63,514 nt of DNA from NCBI RefSeq assembly GCF_001194135.2, contig NC_068985.1:39678024-39741537 (forward strand), written 5' to 3'. Origin of the DNA: Octopus bimaculoides (taxonomy: Eukaryota). The position numbers and the translations under genes were made by a program. Shown one piece after another: positions 40,535 to 53,861 of the stretch. The notes below the pieces were generated by a model. It did no database searches and was not told the origin of the DNA. It saw nothing but the letters and a program-made list of their open reading frames with translations. How positions within the stretch are numbered: position 1 is the stretch's first letter; the number at the start of each line of letters is the position of its first letter.

Positions 40535-40784
40535 ACTTGTATTCTTTTACTTTTTTTTTTACTTATTTCAGTCATTGGACTGCGGCCATGCTGGAGAATG
40601 CTGGGCCTTGAAGTAATTAGTCGAATAAATCGACCTCAGTACTTTTTTTTTAAACATGGTACTTATTCTGTCGGCCACTTATGCCGAACCGCTAAGTTAC
40701 GGGGACGAAAATAAACCAACACCGGTTATCAAGTGCGACGGGACATGCACAGACAAAGACACACACCTGCACACACATATACAA

Positions 40785-40874
<90 letters not shown>

Positions 40875-41025
40875 ACGACAGGCTTCTTTCAGTTTCTAGC
40901 CACCAAATTCACTCACAAGGCTTTCGTCGGCCCGAGGCTGTAATAGAAGACATTTGTCCAAGGTGCCACTTAGTAGGACTGAACCTGGAATCATGTGGTT
41001 GGGAATCAAACACCTTACCACAGAT
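40535..41025 (-). mobile_element. SINE family B (intron 2, antisense)
   Basis: Family B consensus, more diverged. Confidence 0.85.
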
Positions 41026-41354
41026 CACGTGTACAAATGTATATCATAGAGAGTTACAATGAATTGTGAAGCTATAGTACTGGAGTATCGTCCGCGTAGA
41101 TTATCAGTTTACTACTTAGAGATTACTGTTCACTAGGGCAAAACATTTAAGCTTGATCTATTCAGTTTACTTGGATAACAAACAGGATCTATTCATGTCG
41201 GACATCCTATGTAAAATAAATGCGACACAGATGTGTAGATTTATAAAAATTTTAAAACTTCGTGATCTCTACCAGCATGGAAGAATAGACGGTGACGAAA
41301 GAGGGGAGAAAGAGGGAAATGTGGATACATAAATATCTAAATATTTTCATAATA

Positions 41355-41814
41355 GTTCTGTGGTTAAGGAACTCGCTTCGCCTCCAAGAAGTTTCGGGCT
41401 CTGTCTCTGCATGGCACCTTAGGCAAGTGTCCTCCACTATGGCCCCGGGCTCTTGCAATAGCCTCGGTTTGTGAGTGAATTTGGTCAACAGAAGCTGTGT
41501 GGAAGCGAGCTGTGTGGAAACTGTGTGTCAAAGGCGGTGAGCTGGCAGAAACGTTAGCACGCCGGGCGAAATGATTAACGGAATTTCGTCTGTTTTTACG
41601 TTCTGAGTTCAAATTCCGCCGAGGTCGACTTTGCCTTTCATCCTTTCGGGGTCGATGTAATCGACTTAATCTCTTTGTTTGTCCCCTCTATGTTTAGCCC
41701 CTTGTAGGCAATAAAGAAATAAGAATCTGTGTGGAAGCCCGTCGTATACGTATGTATGTGTGGGGATGTAGTGTGTGTGTGTGTATGTGTGTGTGTGTCT
41801 GTATGTGTGTGTGT

Positions 41815-41854
<40 letters not shown>

Positions 41855-42055
41855 ATGTTTGTGTTTGTACCTTCGCACCGCTTGACAACAGGTGTTGGTT
41901 GTTTACGATCCTGTGATTTAGCAGTTCGGCGAAACAGAGCGATAGAATAAGTACCAGACTTTAAAATTACTACTAGGGTCGAATTGTTCGACTAAAACCC
42001 TTCAGGATGGTGCCCGAGCGTGGCCGTAGTCCAATGATTGAAGCAATAAAAAGGT
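41355..42055 (+). mobile_element. SINE family B interrupted by a family C copy (41531-41725)
   Basis: B head, C insert flanked by repeated CTGTGTGGAA, then B 3' half. Confidence 0.8.
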
Positions 42056-42249
42056 AACATGCAAAATGTATATAGCAAAATAATATAACAAAGTTATCTT
42101 CTTTGCTCACAAGTATAACAACGTTTACAAATAGGTTTCACTTGCTAAGCATTGGGATTTAACATAACATTTGGTTTTATGAGGAACGCGAAAAGAACTG
42201 ATAATATGAGCATGTATGTAATTTATATCGCTATCTATAGCAGTGCACC

Positions 42250-42619
42250 GTGGAGGCGCAATGGCCCAGTGGTTAGGGCAGCGGACTCGCGGTCATAGGA
42301 TCGCGGTTTCGATTCCCAGACCGGGTGTTGTGAGTGTTTATTGAGTGAAAACACCTAAAGCTCTACGAGGCTCCGGCAGAGGGGTGGGGTGGCGAACCCT
42401 GCTGTACTCTTTCACCACAACTTTCTCTTACTTCCTGTTTCTGTTGAGCCTGTAATTCCAAGGGTCAGCCTTGTCACGCTGACTATCGCCGAGCACTACG
42501 TTAAGGGTACACGTGTCTGTGGAGTGCTCAGCCACTTGCACGTTAATTTCACGAGCAGGCTGTTCCGTTGATCGGATCAACTGGAACCCTCGACGTCGTA
42601 AGCGACGGAGTGCCAACAA
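42250..42619 (+). mobile_element. SINE family A, full length
   Basis: Same consensus; TSD tagcagtgc(a/t)cc. Confidence 0.92.
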
Positions 42620-42622
42620 TAG

Positions 42623-42796
42623 CAGTGCTCCGCAACCGGTATTCCGCGACACACTGGTGTGTCACGAGACGATGCTAGGTGTGCCACAGTGTAACCTTAG
42701 TACAATTTTTTTGATTATATTTTTAGTTATATTTTTAGTTCGGGTGTGTCGCCGAATTTTCAAAAGAAATAAGTGTACCGCAAGTGGAAAAAGGTT
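42623..42796. mobile_element. Second copy of the Buster-type MITE (right TIR truncated)
   Basis: Clearly homologous to 28809-28975 (CAGTGCTCCGCAACCGGT...GCAAGTGGAAAAAGGTTG). Confidence 0.7.
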
Positions 42797-43239
42797 GATC
42801 TATAGTTCAACAATTTACATAAAGTGGACACTAAATATATAACGCGTAAAAGATTGAAAATATGACCACGTGTGTCTTCTGTATCTCAATAATTTACATA
42901 AAACTCTCGTTTCTTGTTTTTTTATGAATTGCTAGCTTAATATTTAAAAATTATATACAATATGAAAGCAAAAAATAATTAAATATCTCCATATTTTAGC
43001 AGGTTTTAAGAGGATCATCCGAGAGTATAAACATGGAACCTCGAAAGCTTAGCGGTACCCGCTCAGATTTAAAAATAGCTCGTCCTTATCAGACTCAGGT
43101 ATCTGCAGTTAGTGGTGGTGGTGGCGGTGGTGATGGTGGTGATGATGGTCAGAGATTTATCAGGAAACCACAACGGTGAGAAAACTTTATTTATTTGAAA
43201 TAAAGTTTTTGATGTGTTTATAATTGTTTATAAAGATTG

Positions 43240-43406
43240 CCAAGGCATGCCTGTGTAGTAAGAAGTTTGTTTCTCACCCACATAGTTCCGAGTTCAGTCC
43301 CATTGCATGGCACCTTAGGCAAGTGTTTTCTGCTATAGCCTCGGACCGACCAAAGCCTTGTGAGTAGATTTGGTAATCAGAAACTGAAAGAAGCCCGCCG
43401 TATATA

Positions 43407-43453
<47 letters not shown>

Positions 43454-43705
43454 GTGTGTTTTTGTGTAAGTGTGTAAGTGTGTTTTTGTCTGTGTGTGTC
43501 TATATTTGTCTCCACCACCGCTTGACAACCGGTGTTGGCCTGTTTGCTTCCCCGTAATTTGGCGGTTCGGCAAAAGAAATGCAATAAATACCAGACTTTA
43601 AAACAGAAAATAAATGCTAGGGTCGATTCGCTCGACTAAAATTCTTTAAGGCGATTCCCCAGAATGGCCGTAGTCTAACGACTGACACAAGTAAGAGATA
43701 AAAGA
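43240..43705 (+). mobile_element. SINE family B (intron 2, sense)
   Basis: Family B consensus. Confidence 0.85.
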
Positions 43706-44196
43706 TCAATTGCAAAACCCTGATGGCGCCAAGAACTATGGTCAGCACGTCCAGACCATAACTAAACTGTCAGTCATCATGTATCTGAAATTACACTGTC
43801 TGATGAATCCCTCTTTCTGTTTTTTCCGACATGTTGTTTAGAGCAGCACCTTATATTTTGCGAATATACATTTTTAATTGTTGTTGTTGTTGCTGTTGTT
43901 GTTGTAAACTTCAATTCAACTATGATTGAGCAGACTTACAATCTTCTTAAAGAAAGGAAAAACTACGTTCTCTTAAGTATCGATACATCTTTTAAGACGT
44001 AAGCGTGGAATTTGAGTGTAATTAATTAGTATTTCTTAAATGTATGACAACCGAATAGAAGTTACCGAGTTGACTCGAGAATATACATCGTATTAGAATA
44101 CATAATTGTAATATATAGAGATAGATATTGATATAGATATATGTATTTGTTTTGCAGGATTCTTGATGCGATATTGCGTGTTGAAACAGATATCAT

Positions 44197-44499
44197 TATA
44201 CTTGAGGGTGGTCATATTTTGCCAATTAAACACACGCACTATATATTTGATCATCATTTCAGCTTTATCATTTTTATTATTTTATTTTATTTGTCAAAGT
44301 TCTTTCGTCACACATCCTGTGACCGCTTCAGCGATTCTGTATCCCCAGAACAAGAGGAGACATGTGGGATAATGAGTCATTGAAGAAGTCACAGGATGTG
44401 TGACGAAAGATCTTTGACAAAGAAACAAAAAAAATATTTACAATAAAGCTGAATTGATGCGTGTGTTTCATTGGGAAAATATGACCATCCCCATGTATA
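44197..44499. repeat. Long imperfect palindrome (fold-back 1)
   Basis: Arms TATACTTGAGGGTGGTCATATTTT...TCTTTCGTCACACATCCTGTGAC and its reverse complement around a ~30-nt loop. Confidence 0.85.
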
Positions 44500-44571
44500 A
44501 CAATATGTATATATAAAATAACGAAGGCGGCTATGTTCAATATAAAACCAAAAAGGAAGAATTCAATTGTC

Positions 44572-44800
44572 ACTAATTGTGATTGACGGTGCATTGTAGC
44601 ACCTACGTTGCTAGAAATAAGAGTTAAAAACCCTTACAGCCGCATAGAAGCACATGTCTATGCACTGACAGGGGAGATCTCGCTGTGGGGAGGTTATCTC
44701 CCCTGTCAATGCATAGATATGTGCTTCTTTCCGACTCTAAGTTTTTAATTCTTATTTCTAACAATGTAGGCGCTACCCTGCACCGACAGTCACAATTAGT
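44572..44800. repeat. Long imperfect palindrome (fold-back 2)
   Basis: ~105-bp arms CTAATTGTGATTGACGGTGC...GACAGGGGAGAT and ATCTCCCCTGTC...GTCACAATTAG around a 16-nt loop. Confidence 0.85.
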
Positions 44801-45175
44801 TATATATATAATCTTCCAAATTCCACATTTTAATAAAGGAATTATTTTTTAATCTTATTTTCATCCATTACTACACTTGATGTCTGTGATAAAAGTCTTG
44901 AAAATAACAATGAATTGAGGAAAACTTGCGCCAGGTTATACGGAACAGATTCTACAATTACAGAGAAAACCTTATTGCCGGGTAGTAATAAAGTACAATT
45001 ACCTTTAAAGTCCTCCATAGTAAGTAATGTTATTTATATTATTTTATAAACCTTAATTGATAGTCGTACAGTAGCATTGTTGTTAACTTTTTTCGCAAAT
45101 TCCAGTGCGCGAATGAAATTTGGCAGATAAACATTGCGTAAAAGCCCGTCGTGCGTGGGAAGGCATGTGTGTGTG

Positions 45176-45237
<62 letters not shown>

Positions 45238-45528
45238 TGTTGTTTATTGAAACTGGACTTTTTCTCACAGCTCTTGTTTCATGTCTCTGCGAACTTCAGG
45301 TGAATTTTCGCATGTATAAAATGTGTAATGTAATATGAAAATAGGCTAAAACATTGGTAGAACCGTGGCCGAATCAATAAAACGCCATTCAACAGAAATC
45401 ATCCAATGAAATTTAATTGAAGACAAATTCCACCGGGAAAGTTCTTTTTTTTTTTTTTTTCTTGTTTAGTTTGTTTTTTGCTCTTTTTTTCATTTATTTC
45501 TGCCGGTTGATTAAATTGTGAACGGGAA

Positions 45529-45781
45529 CAGTAATTCTTCGACTATCGCAGGTGTTACGTTCCAAAACCCTACACGATAGGTGAAAATCCGCGAAGTAGA
45601 AACAGTACTGTACTGTATAGTTTTATTATTATTATTTTTATAGTTTGTATATATTTATTTTACTATAAATGCAAAACAACACCACGGAGGAATCGACATT
45701 AGCTTAAATAATCAACCGCGATAGGTGAACTGCAATAGGTGAGCCGTGATAGGTGAACCGCGATATGGCGAGGAATTACTA
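45529..45781. mobile_element. Tigger/pogo-like MITE with internal tandem repeats
   Basis: TIRs CAGTAATTCTTCGACTATCGC / GCGATATGGCGAGGAATTACT; repeated GATAGGTGAAC units; TA at the right end. Confidence 0.7.
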
Positions 45782-46360
45782 TAGATCACAGAAGAAAAAT
45801 AGTCACAGAAAAATATCACAATTTTGACCTTGAAAAACAGTTACAGGAAAATATCACTTCAATAAAATAAATAATATTTTAATTCACAAGACATCTATGG
45901 TTTATATGCCATGCTAACTTTTTCTCAATGGGAAATAGATTCGAATGAATTACTTACGGGCAGAATAAAATAATCAGGCATTTAGTCCAACACTTTAAAA
46001 ATCCTATCATGGGTATAATGACTCAGTATTTTGCATGTTTTTGTATACTGCATCATACTTTTTTGCACATTACGTCACCTATATGGTGTATTAAACATTC
46101 CATCATTTTTGCTGTTTATTACAATATGTCGTATTATTTCTACAGCACATTATTTTTGCAACACAAAGAGATATTTTCGTTTTTATCATAAAATTCTGAG
46201 ATGATAGTCGAAGTCGAACACAATTTGTATAATATTATTACTCGTAAAAAAAAAATGAATAAAATCACGTTTCCTTCAATATCCTAAAAAAAATAATGAA
46301 ACGAAAGCAAAAAAATTTTTATAAGTTCCTGTTTATTTATTTATTTGAATTTGATTTCAG

Positions 46361-46586
46361 GATAAGCAAATCTATGACCAAGACATTCTTTCCCAGCAGA
46401 GAACTTCGGTAATATACGAAAATAACACTTCTACAAAACAAGGAGTAGCAAATGCTTCTTACACAACATTCCAACGAAAACATTCGTACTTCTACCCGCC
46501 AAATAATAACCAGAACAATTCTACTTCAAATGGAGAATTGACACCAAATTTGATGACAGACGGTCGAATTGAGAAAACTATGCTCG
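46361..46586 (+). CDS. Coding exon 3 of SAM gene (DKQIYDQDILSQQRTSVIYE...GRIEKTML-G)
   Basis: Acceptor ttgatttcag|, 75 open codons +1 nt, donor CTCG|gtaatg; phase 0-1 links exon 2 to exon 4 exactly. Confidence 0.8.
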
Positions 46587-46912
46587 GTAATGAATCACTT
46601 TATTTGTACAAAAGAAAGAACAAACTGATTTTAACAATAGAAGCAATTATTTATAGAAATAGATTCCGATAATTAGATACATATCAAAGCTGAATGAGCT
46701 GTCATTTACGTGATTGCTTTGTTAATGTCCATGAGAAAGGCACAGACATCCCATAATATAATTTCGGCTTTGGTATAAAACTGAGCAACCACTTTCAAAA
46801 TATTATGGTCGTGAGGCCCATCTCCAATAAAGGTCTGTTGTAAACATTATTAAAACATACTAATTATGTTTACCTCCTTCTACCTGTATTCATAAGCATA
46901 ATGTTATTTCTT

Positions 46913-47148
46913 GAGGCGCGTGGCCTAGTGGTTAGGGTGTCGGCATCATGATCGTAAGATTGTGGTTTCGATTCCTGGACCGGGCGACGGGTTGTGTTCT
47001 TGAGCAAAATACTTCATTTCACATTGCTCCAGTCCACTCAGCTGGCAAAAATGAGTAACGCTGCGATGGACTGGCGTCCCGTCCAGCTGGGGAACACATA
47101 CGCCATTGAAATCGGGAAACCGGGCCCATGAGCCTGGCTAGGCTTTAA
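46913..47148 (+). mobile_element. SINE family D (D-head/D-tail)
   Basis: tRNA-like head, central GTGTTCTTGAGCAA...CCACTCAGCTGGCAAAAATGAGTA, then the D-tail. Confidence 0.85.
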
Positions 47149-48178
47149 NNNNNNNNNNNNNNNNNNNNNNNNNNNNNNNNNNNNNNNNNNNNNNNNNNNN
47201 NNNNNNNNNNNNNNNNNNNNNNNNNNNNNNNNNNNNNNNNNNNNNNNNNNNNNNNNNNNNNNNNNNNNNNNNNNNNNNNNNNNNNNNNNNNNNNNNNNNN
47301 NNNNNNNNNNNNNNNNNNNNNNNNNNNNNNNNNNNNNNNNNNNNNNNNNNNNNNNNNNNNNNNNNNNNNNNNNNNNNNNNNNNNNNNNNNNNNNNNNNNN
47401 NNNNNNNNNNNNNNNNNNNNNNNNNNNNNNNNNNNNNNNNNNNNNNNNNNNNNNNNNNNNNNNNNNNNNNNNNNNNNNNNNNNNNNNNNNNNNNNNNNNN
47501 NNNNNNNNNNNNNNNNNNNNNNNNNNNNNNNNNNNNNNNNNNNNNNNNNNNNNNNNNNNNNNNNNNNNNNNNNNNNNNNNNNNNNNNNNNNNNNNNNNNN
47601 NNNNNNNNNNNNNNNNNNNNNNNNNNNNNNNNNNNNNNNNNNNNNNNNNNNNNNNNNNNNNNNNNNNNNNNNTATATATATATATATATATATCTGTCAC
47701 TGGTATAATTATTGTGTACAGTCCATATCTTAGGCTCTTGAATTTCATTGCCTCAGTGAACATAGTTATGTAACAGCTTCGCTAAATTAACGAATGTTTT
47801 TATTAACTAGAAATGGTGAAAATGTGTAGTAGCCTTTATATGGATTCTCATGTATGCACGAAACTATAAATTTGTAATGAATAATGTGAAATTGGATGAA
47901 TTTTATATCGATCATGTTTATATTTAGAAGGTGAATATAGTTAATTGAAATGGAGTCAGTATACCACTGGTATCTTACTTTATCGACCGTAGAGAGATGT
48001 AAGTTTAACGCAACCCGAAATTAAATGAACTGAGAAGGTAGAAGGTTGAAACTAATTTGTGTTAGTTATTTAGTCCCACTGTCCTCCGTTTCTGCTTACT
48101 TACGTACTATTGTCTAATATTGGTTTCAAATTTTGGCACAAGGCCAGCAAGTTTTGGGGAGGAGCTAAGTCATTTACA

Positions 48179-48209
<31 letters not shown>

Positions 48210-48834
48210 TTCTCTCTCTCTCTTTCTCTCTCTCTCTTTCTCTCTCTCTCTTTCNNNNNNNNNNTCTCTCTCTCTTTCTCTCTCTCTCTTTCTCTCTCTC
48301 TCTTTCTCTCCCTCTCTCTCATACATTCAAATCATTTTACCACTCCAAGTACTTTGATCTGTACGGTTGTTATTTTATCACGTTAGCTCTCTAATTGCCT
48401 TTCTGTATTGTACAACTCCTTTCCATTTCTCTCCTCTTACTTTTCCCTATTCCTTATATTTCACTCTCTGCTCGCTTGATACCAGTTTCATTAACATGCT
48501 GACTACTGGTTATTGCTCTCCTCTTTCTCCCAGATTCTCCCACTCTCTCTTTCCCCTCTTTCTCTCGCACATGCACTCACTCCTATCCATTTACAAATCT
48601 AGTCCATCCTTTCTTCAAAATACTTTCAACCTGTCTCTTGTACACCTCTCAACACATCAACTACTTTTTCTTCTTAACCTGACAGAAAAACAGGATCCAA
48701 CTAACATGAGAAGTGATATGGGCTTTTATATAAAGAGATGATCGGATTACAGATTGTGTGATAGTAAATACGGGAAAATGTCTGTGAACTTGAATCCTTC
48801 CTGTCTCTCTTCTTGTATATATATCATGCAACAT

Positions 48835-49220
48835 GTTGTTGTTGTTGACACTCCGTCGCTTACGACGTCGAGGGTTCCAGTTGATCCGATCAACAGAACA
48901 GCCTGCTCGTGAAATTAACGTGCAAGTGGCTGAGCACTCCACAGGCACGTGTACCCTTAATGTAGTTCTCGAGGATATTCAGCGTGGCACAAGCTGTGAC
49001 AAGGCTGGCCCTTTGAATTACAGGCACAACAGAAACAGGAAGTAAGAGTGAGAGAAAGTTGTGGTGAAAGAGTTCGCCACCATCCCCTGCCGGAGCCTCG
49101 TGGAGCTTTTTTTAGGTGTTTTCGCTCAATAAACACTCACAACGCCCGGTCTGGGAATCGAAACCACGATCTTATGACCGCGAGTCCGCTGCCCTAACCA
49201 CTGGGCCATTGCGCCTCCAC
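48835..49220 (-). mobile_element. SINE family A, full length, antisense in intron 3
   Basis: Perfect 10-bp TSD CATGCAACAT (48825-48834, 49221-49230); (AAC)n tail. Confidence 0.95.
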
Positions 49221-49553
49221 CATGCAACATATATAAATATAAGCCAGGAAGATGGGAAGATTATTGCAATAGGTAGCAGAATGTTTTATTAGCTTATGAT
49301 GTTGAATGCCAATTCTCTAGTGGATGGAGTTAGGGGTAGGATAGATGGGAGCCAACCACAAAGCTGACTTGCACTAGATACATCACATGAAGATACCGCC
49401 TTCAGTGAACCCTCTTACTAGTAATGAGTTATGATTTTTACCATACCAACGACTAATGAGTAATGATCTCTCCCCTACAGCAAATGATTTATGGCCCTTA
49501 ATAATGCTTTATGGACTTTGGTTTCAAAAATATGTCCTTTTTATTTCATAAAG

Positions 49554-49988
49554 GAAATCACGGTCAAGTAAACCGGGCTTACCAAACCGAAGATTCTCAC
49601 CAAACAATGCTGGATATCAATGACAGTATTTTCGATTATTCAGTAACTGCTAGCATGAGTGAACGTTCATCTCTGCAGTCGTCCCAGAGACCTCATCCAC
49701 CCATGTCGTCAAGCGCAAGCAGTAGCGACGTCTCCGAAACAGGATCTGCACTTATAGAAACCAACGGCGTTGATGATGTTGTAAACGAACCGTTAATGCA
49801 TACAACAGCAATAACAACGACAGCAACGACAACATCAACAGCTGTTAGTCATTTATCAAAAAATTCAGTTGTCGGGATATCACAGAAGCAACAAATGCCA
49901 ATTGCCAAATTTGATAGCTCGGAGTCACTTAAGAACGTTCCCAAACTGCAAATACCTCAATTTTTTCTTCGAAGATTTCGACGAAATG
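49554..49988 (+). CDS. Coding exon 4 of SAM gene (Ser/Thr-rich; GNHGQVNRAYQTED...QFFLRRFRRN-G)
   Basis: Acceptor tttttatttcataaag|GA, 435 nt open, donor AATG|gtaaga, phase 1-1; overlaps ORF 49511-50050. The 3' part is duplicated at 50431-50574 across an N-gap. Confidence 0.85.
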
Positions 49989-51097
49989 GTAAGACTTGTT
50001 TTCGTTTTGGCAAACTACATTATATTTTTTTTCCCTTCGTTTGCTCTTAACTCTTCCTTCCTCCTTTTGTTNNNNNNNNNNNNNNNNNNNNNNNNNNNNN
50101 NNNNNNNNNNNNNNNNNNNNNNNNNNNNNNNNNNNNNNNNNNNNNNNNNNNNNNNNNNNNNNNNNNNNNNNNNNNNNNNNNNNNNNNNNNNNNNNNNNNN
50201 NNNNNNNNNNNNNNNNNNNNNNNNNNNNNNNNNNNNNNNNNNNNNNNNNNNNNNNNNNNNNNNNNNNNNNNNNNNNNNNNNNNNNNNNNNNNNNNNNNNN
50301 NNNNNNNNNNNNNNNNNNNNNNNNNNNNNNNNNNNNNNNNNNNNNNNNNNNNNNNNNNNNNNNNNNNNNNNNNNNNNNNNNNNNNNNNNNNNNNNNNNNN
50401 NNNNNNNNNNNNNNNNNNNNNNNNNNNNNNTTAGTCATTTATCAAAAAATTCAGTTGTCGGGATATCACAGAAGCAACAAATGCCAATTGCCAAATTTGA
50501 TAGCTCGGAGTCACTTAAGAACGTTCCCAAACTGCAAATACCTCAATTTTTTCTTCGAAGATTTCGACGAAATGGTAAGACTTGTTTTCGTTTTGGCAAA
50601 CTACATTATATTTTTTTTCCCTTCGTTTGCTCTTAACTCTTCCTTCCTCCTTTTGTTAAAGTTCACAGCAGCGTTCCTGTCGATGAATCCTCGCTTTCAC
50701 TACTGTCCCTCTACAAGCGTGTTTTGGTTAGTGGTCTCGCAGTTTAAATCTTCTCTATTTTTCCTGCCTCTCTGCTATCAGTTTATTTATTCGGTAGCAT
50801 TAAAGAAGTCTCTCTCCACCCTGTTTCCTGTCTTTTTCTTTTTCTCTCTCACTCTCCCTCCTCTCCATCAATGGCCGTCATCAGCATGACAATTGTCCAA
50901 CCTTATCTCAGATAGCCACAAACCTTAGACTTATACAAAGAATAGAACACATTTACGGCGTAGGTAATTTGTATAATTTAGACAAAAATGAGCCCAGAGA
51001 AATGACACAGAGTGGCCATTGGAATGTATTTAAATAGTTTAGAAAGATACAGAGATAAACATTATACAACATAGATTCTCGATTTATTAAAACTATA

Positions 51098-51428
51098 CTC
51101 TTTCTTTTACTCTCTTTTACTTTTTACCTTGTTTCAGTCATTTAACTGCGGCCATGCTGGAGCACCGCCTTTAGTCGAGCAAATTGACCCCAGGACTTAT
51201 TCTTTGTAAGCCTAGTACTTATTCTATCGGTTTCTTTGCCGAACCGCTAAGTTTCGGGGACGTAAACACACCAGCATCGGTTGTCAAGCGATGTTGGGGG
51301 GACAAACACAGAAACACAAACATATACACACACAAACATATACACACACATACATATATATATATACATATATACGACAGGCTTCTTTCAGTTTCCGTCT
51401 ACCAAATCCACTCACAAGGCTTTGGTTG
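51098..51428 (-). mobile_element. SINE family B (intron 4)
   Basis: Family B consensus, ends in a gap. Confidence 0.88.
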
Positions 51429-52349
51429 NNNNNNNNNNNNNNNNNNNNNNNNNNNNNNNNNNNNNNNNNNNNNNNNNNNNNNNNNNNNNNNNNNNNNNNN
51501 NNNNNNNNNNNNNNNNNNNNNNNNNNNNNNNNNNNNNNNNNNNNNNNNNNNNNNNNNNNNNNNNNNNNNNNNNNNNNNNNNNNNNNNNNNNNNNNNNNNN
51601 NNNNNNNNNNNNNNNNNNNNNNNNNNNNNNNNNNNNNNNNNNNNNNNNNNNNNNNNNNNNNNNNNNNNNNNNNNNNNNNNNNNNNNNNNNNNNNNNNNNN
51701 NNNNNNNNNNNNNNNNNNNNNNNNNNNNNNNNNNNNNNNNNNNNNNNNNNNNNNNNNNNNNNNNNNNNNNNNNNNNNNNNNNNNNNNNNNNNNNNNNNNN
51801 NNNNNNNNNNATACATATAAGTGTGTATGTGTGTGTGTATATAAACATTTTCAATCGCACATAATTAATGTATGCGTTTTGCTTGTTTGGTGGATTCGCA
51901 GCTGGATAGCGTTTGGGGACGACTCCTTGTAACTATGGTCGTTAAAACACCTGAAAGTCATAGACAGGCGACTCGCATTGGATCGAATGCAGGAGTAATG
52001 GATACTGATATTTCGACATTTTTGTGGCTCATCAACATCATGTACCTGATTCGAACTGGAGACGAAACAAGTCAGCAGTCTACGACAATATATAATAAAC
52101 AGTGAAAAATCTATTCAATGATGTGCGATGGCGATGTACACACACACACACGCACACATACACACACGCATATATTTATTGCAGCTGGCCCTCGATTCTC
52201 GTTATTCGAATTTTACGTTCCCGTTCATCAGTCAGAATATGAAACGCTCCCTTGTAACATGAAATTCGAATAACAAAATGTGAGACGTCAGCTGCAATAA
52301 CCTGCAATAACCATCGATAACTCTCACTCGTACTATACTATACGCGCGT

Positions 52350-52395
<46 letters not shown>

Positions 52396-52442
52396 AAATA
52401 TACTCACAAATATACACCTTATACAGACGTACATACACACAC

Positions 52443-52481
<39 letters not shown>

Positions 52482-52484
52482 CTA

Positions 52485-52761
52485 TTTTTACTCTTTTACT
52501 CTTTTACTTGCTTCAGTCATTTGACTGCGGCCATGCTGGAGCACCGCCTTTAGTCAAGCAAATTGCCCCAGGACTTATTCTTTATAAGCCTAGTACTTAT
52601 TCTATCGGTATCTTTTGCCAAACCACTAAGTTACAGGGACGTAAACACACCAGCATGGCTATAGTAGAAGACACTTGCCCAAGGTGCCACGCAGTGGGAC
52701 TGAACCCGGAACCATGTGGTTGGTAAGCAAGCTACTTACCACACAGCCACTCCTGCGCCTA
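52485..52761 (-). mobile_element. SINE family B with internal deletion, inside a (GATA)n array
   Basis: Junction ACACCAGCAT|GGCTATAGTAG removes the central microsatellite region; (GATA)n on both sides. Confidence 0.85.
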
Positions 52762-52762
52762 T

Positions 52763-52823
<61 letters not shown>

Positions 52824-52889
52824 GGTTCGTTTCTATGTAAAGATATATGTTTAGTCTGTATATATGGATTACAGGTAAGTTCGATCCCA

Positions 52890-53490
<601 letters not shown>

Positions 53491-53521
53491 GCGCTTTTTT
53501 AATATTTTGATAATATTCCAG

Positions 53522-53861
53522 GTGATATCAAGGAAACTTTTACTGATGACGGCAGCATGTCTTTTGACATCGATGATACTATTTTGACGGTAGAGTCACT
53601 TGAAAGTGATGCTGATCACATGAGAATGCAACCACCGTTTAAGAAAAATGCAGCGGACCAAATAAAAAGTGCTGATGAAATGAAGAAACAGTTAGACAAC
53701 CTAACTGTTATGTACTATCAAATGTCTCGCATGATTAACCAAAAGCAGTCCAGTCACGCCCGAAGACCATGGAGCATCGCCAGTTCGGAAGCCAGTTCAC
53801 TAATTCGAGAGAATCAAATGCAGAAAAACAAGTCTCTGCGAAACAAGGTCATACAAACACG
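53522..53861 (+). CDS. Coding exon 5 of SAM gene (GDIKETFTDDGSMSFDIDD...RRPWSIASSEASS...KVIQT-R)
   Basis: Acceptor atattccag|GT, 340 nt, donor CG|gtaggt, phase 1-2; contains ORF 53557-53865. Confidence 0.88.

Noticed and set aside
45700-45770. Short regularly spaced GATAGGTGAAC repeats (CRISPR-like at a glance)
   Set aside because: Internal tandem repeats of a Tigger-like MITE with no unique spacers, in a eukaryotic context; no CRISPR array or prokaryotic system is seen anywhere in the window.
49845-50657. Apparent tandem duplication of the 3' part of exon 4 (49845-50071 = 50431-50657)
   Set aside because: 227-nt copies look identical and sit on either side of an N-gap; most likely unmerged contig overlap rather than a duplicated exon. 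Long reads would settle it.
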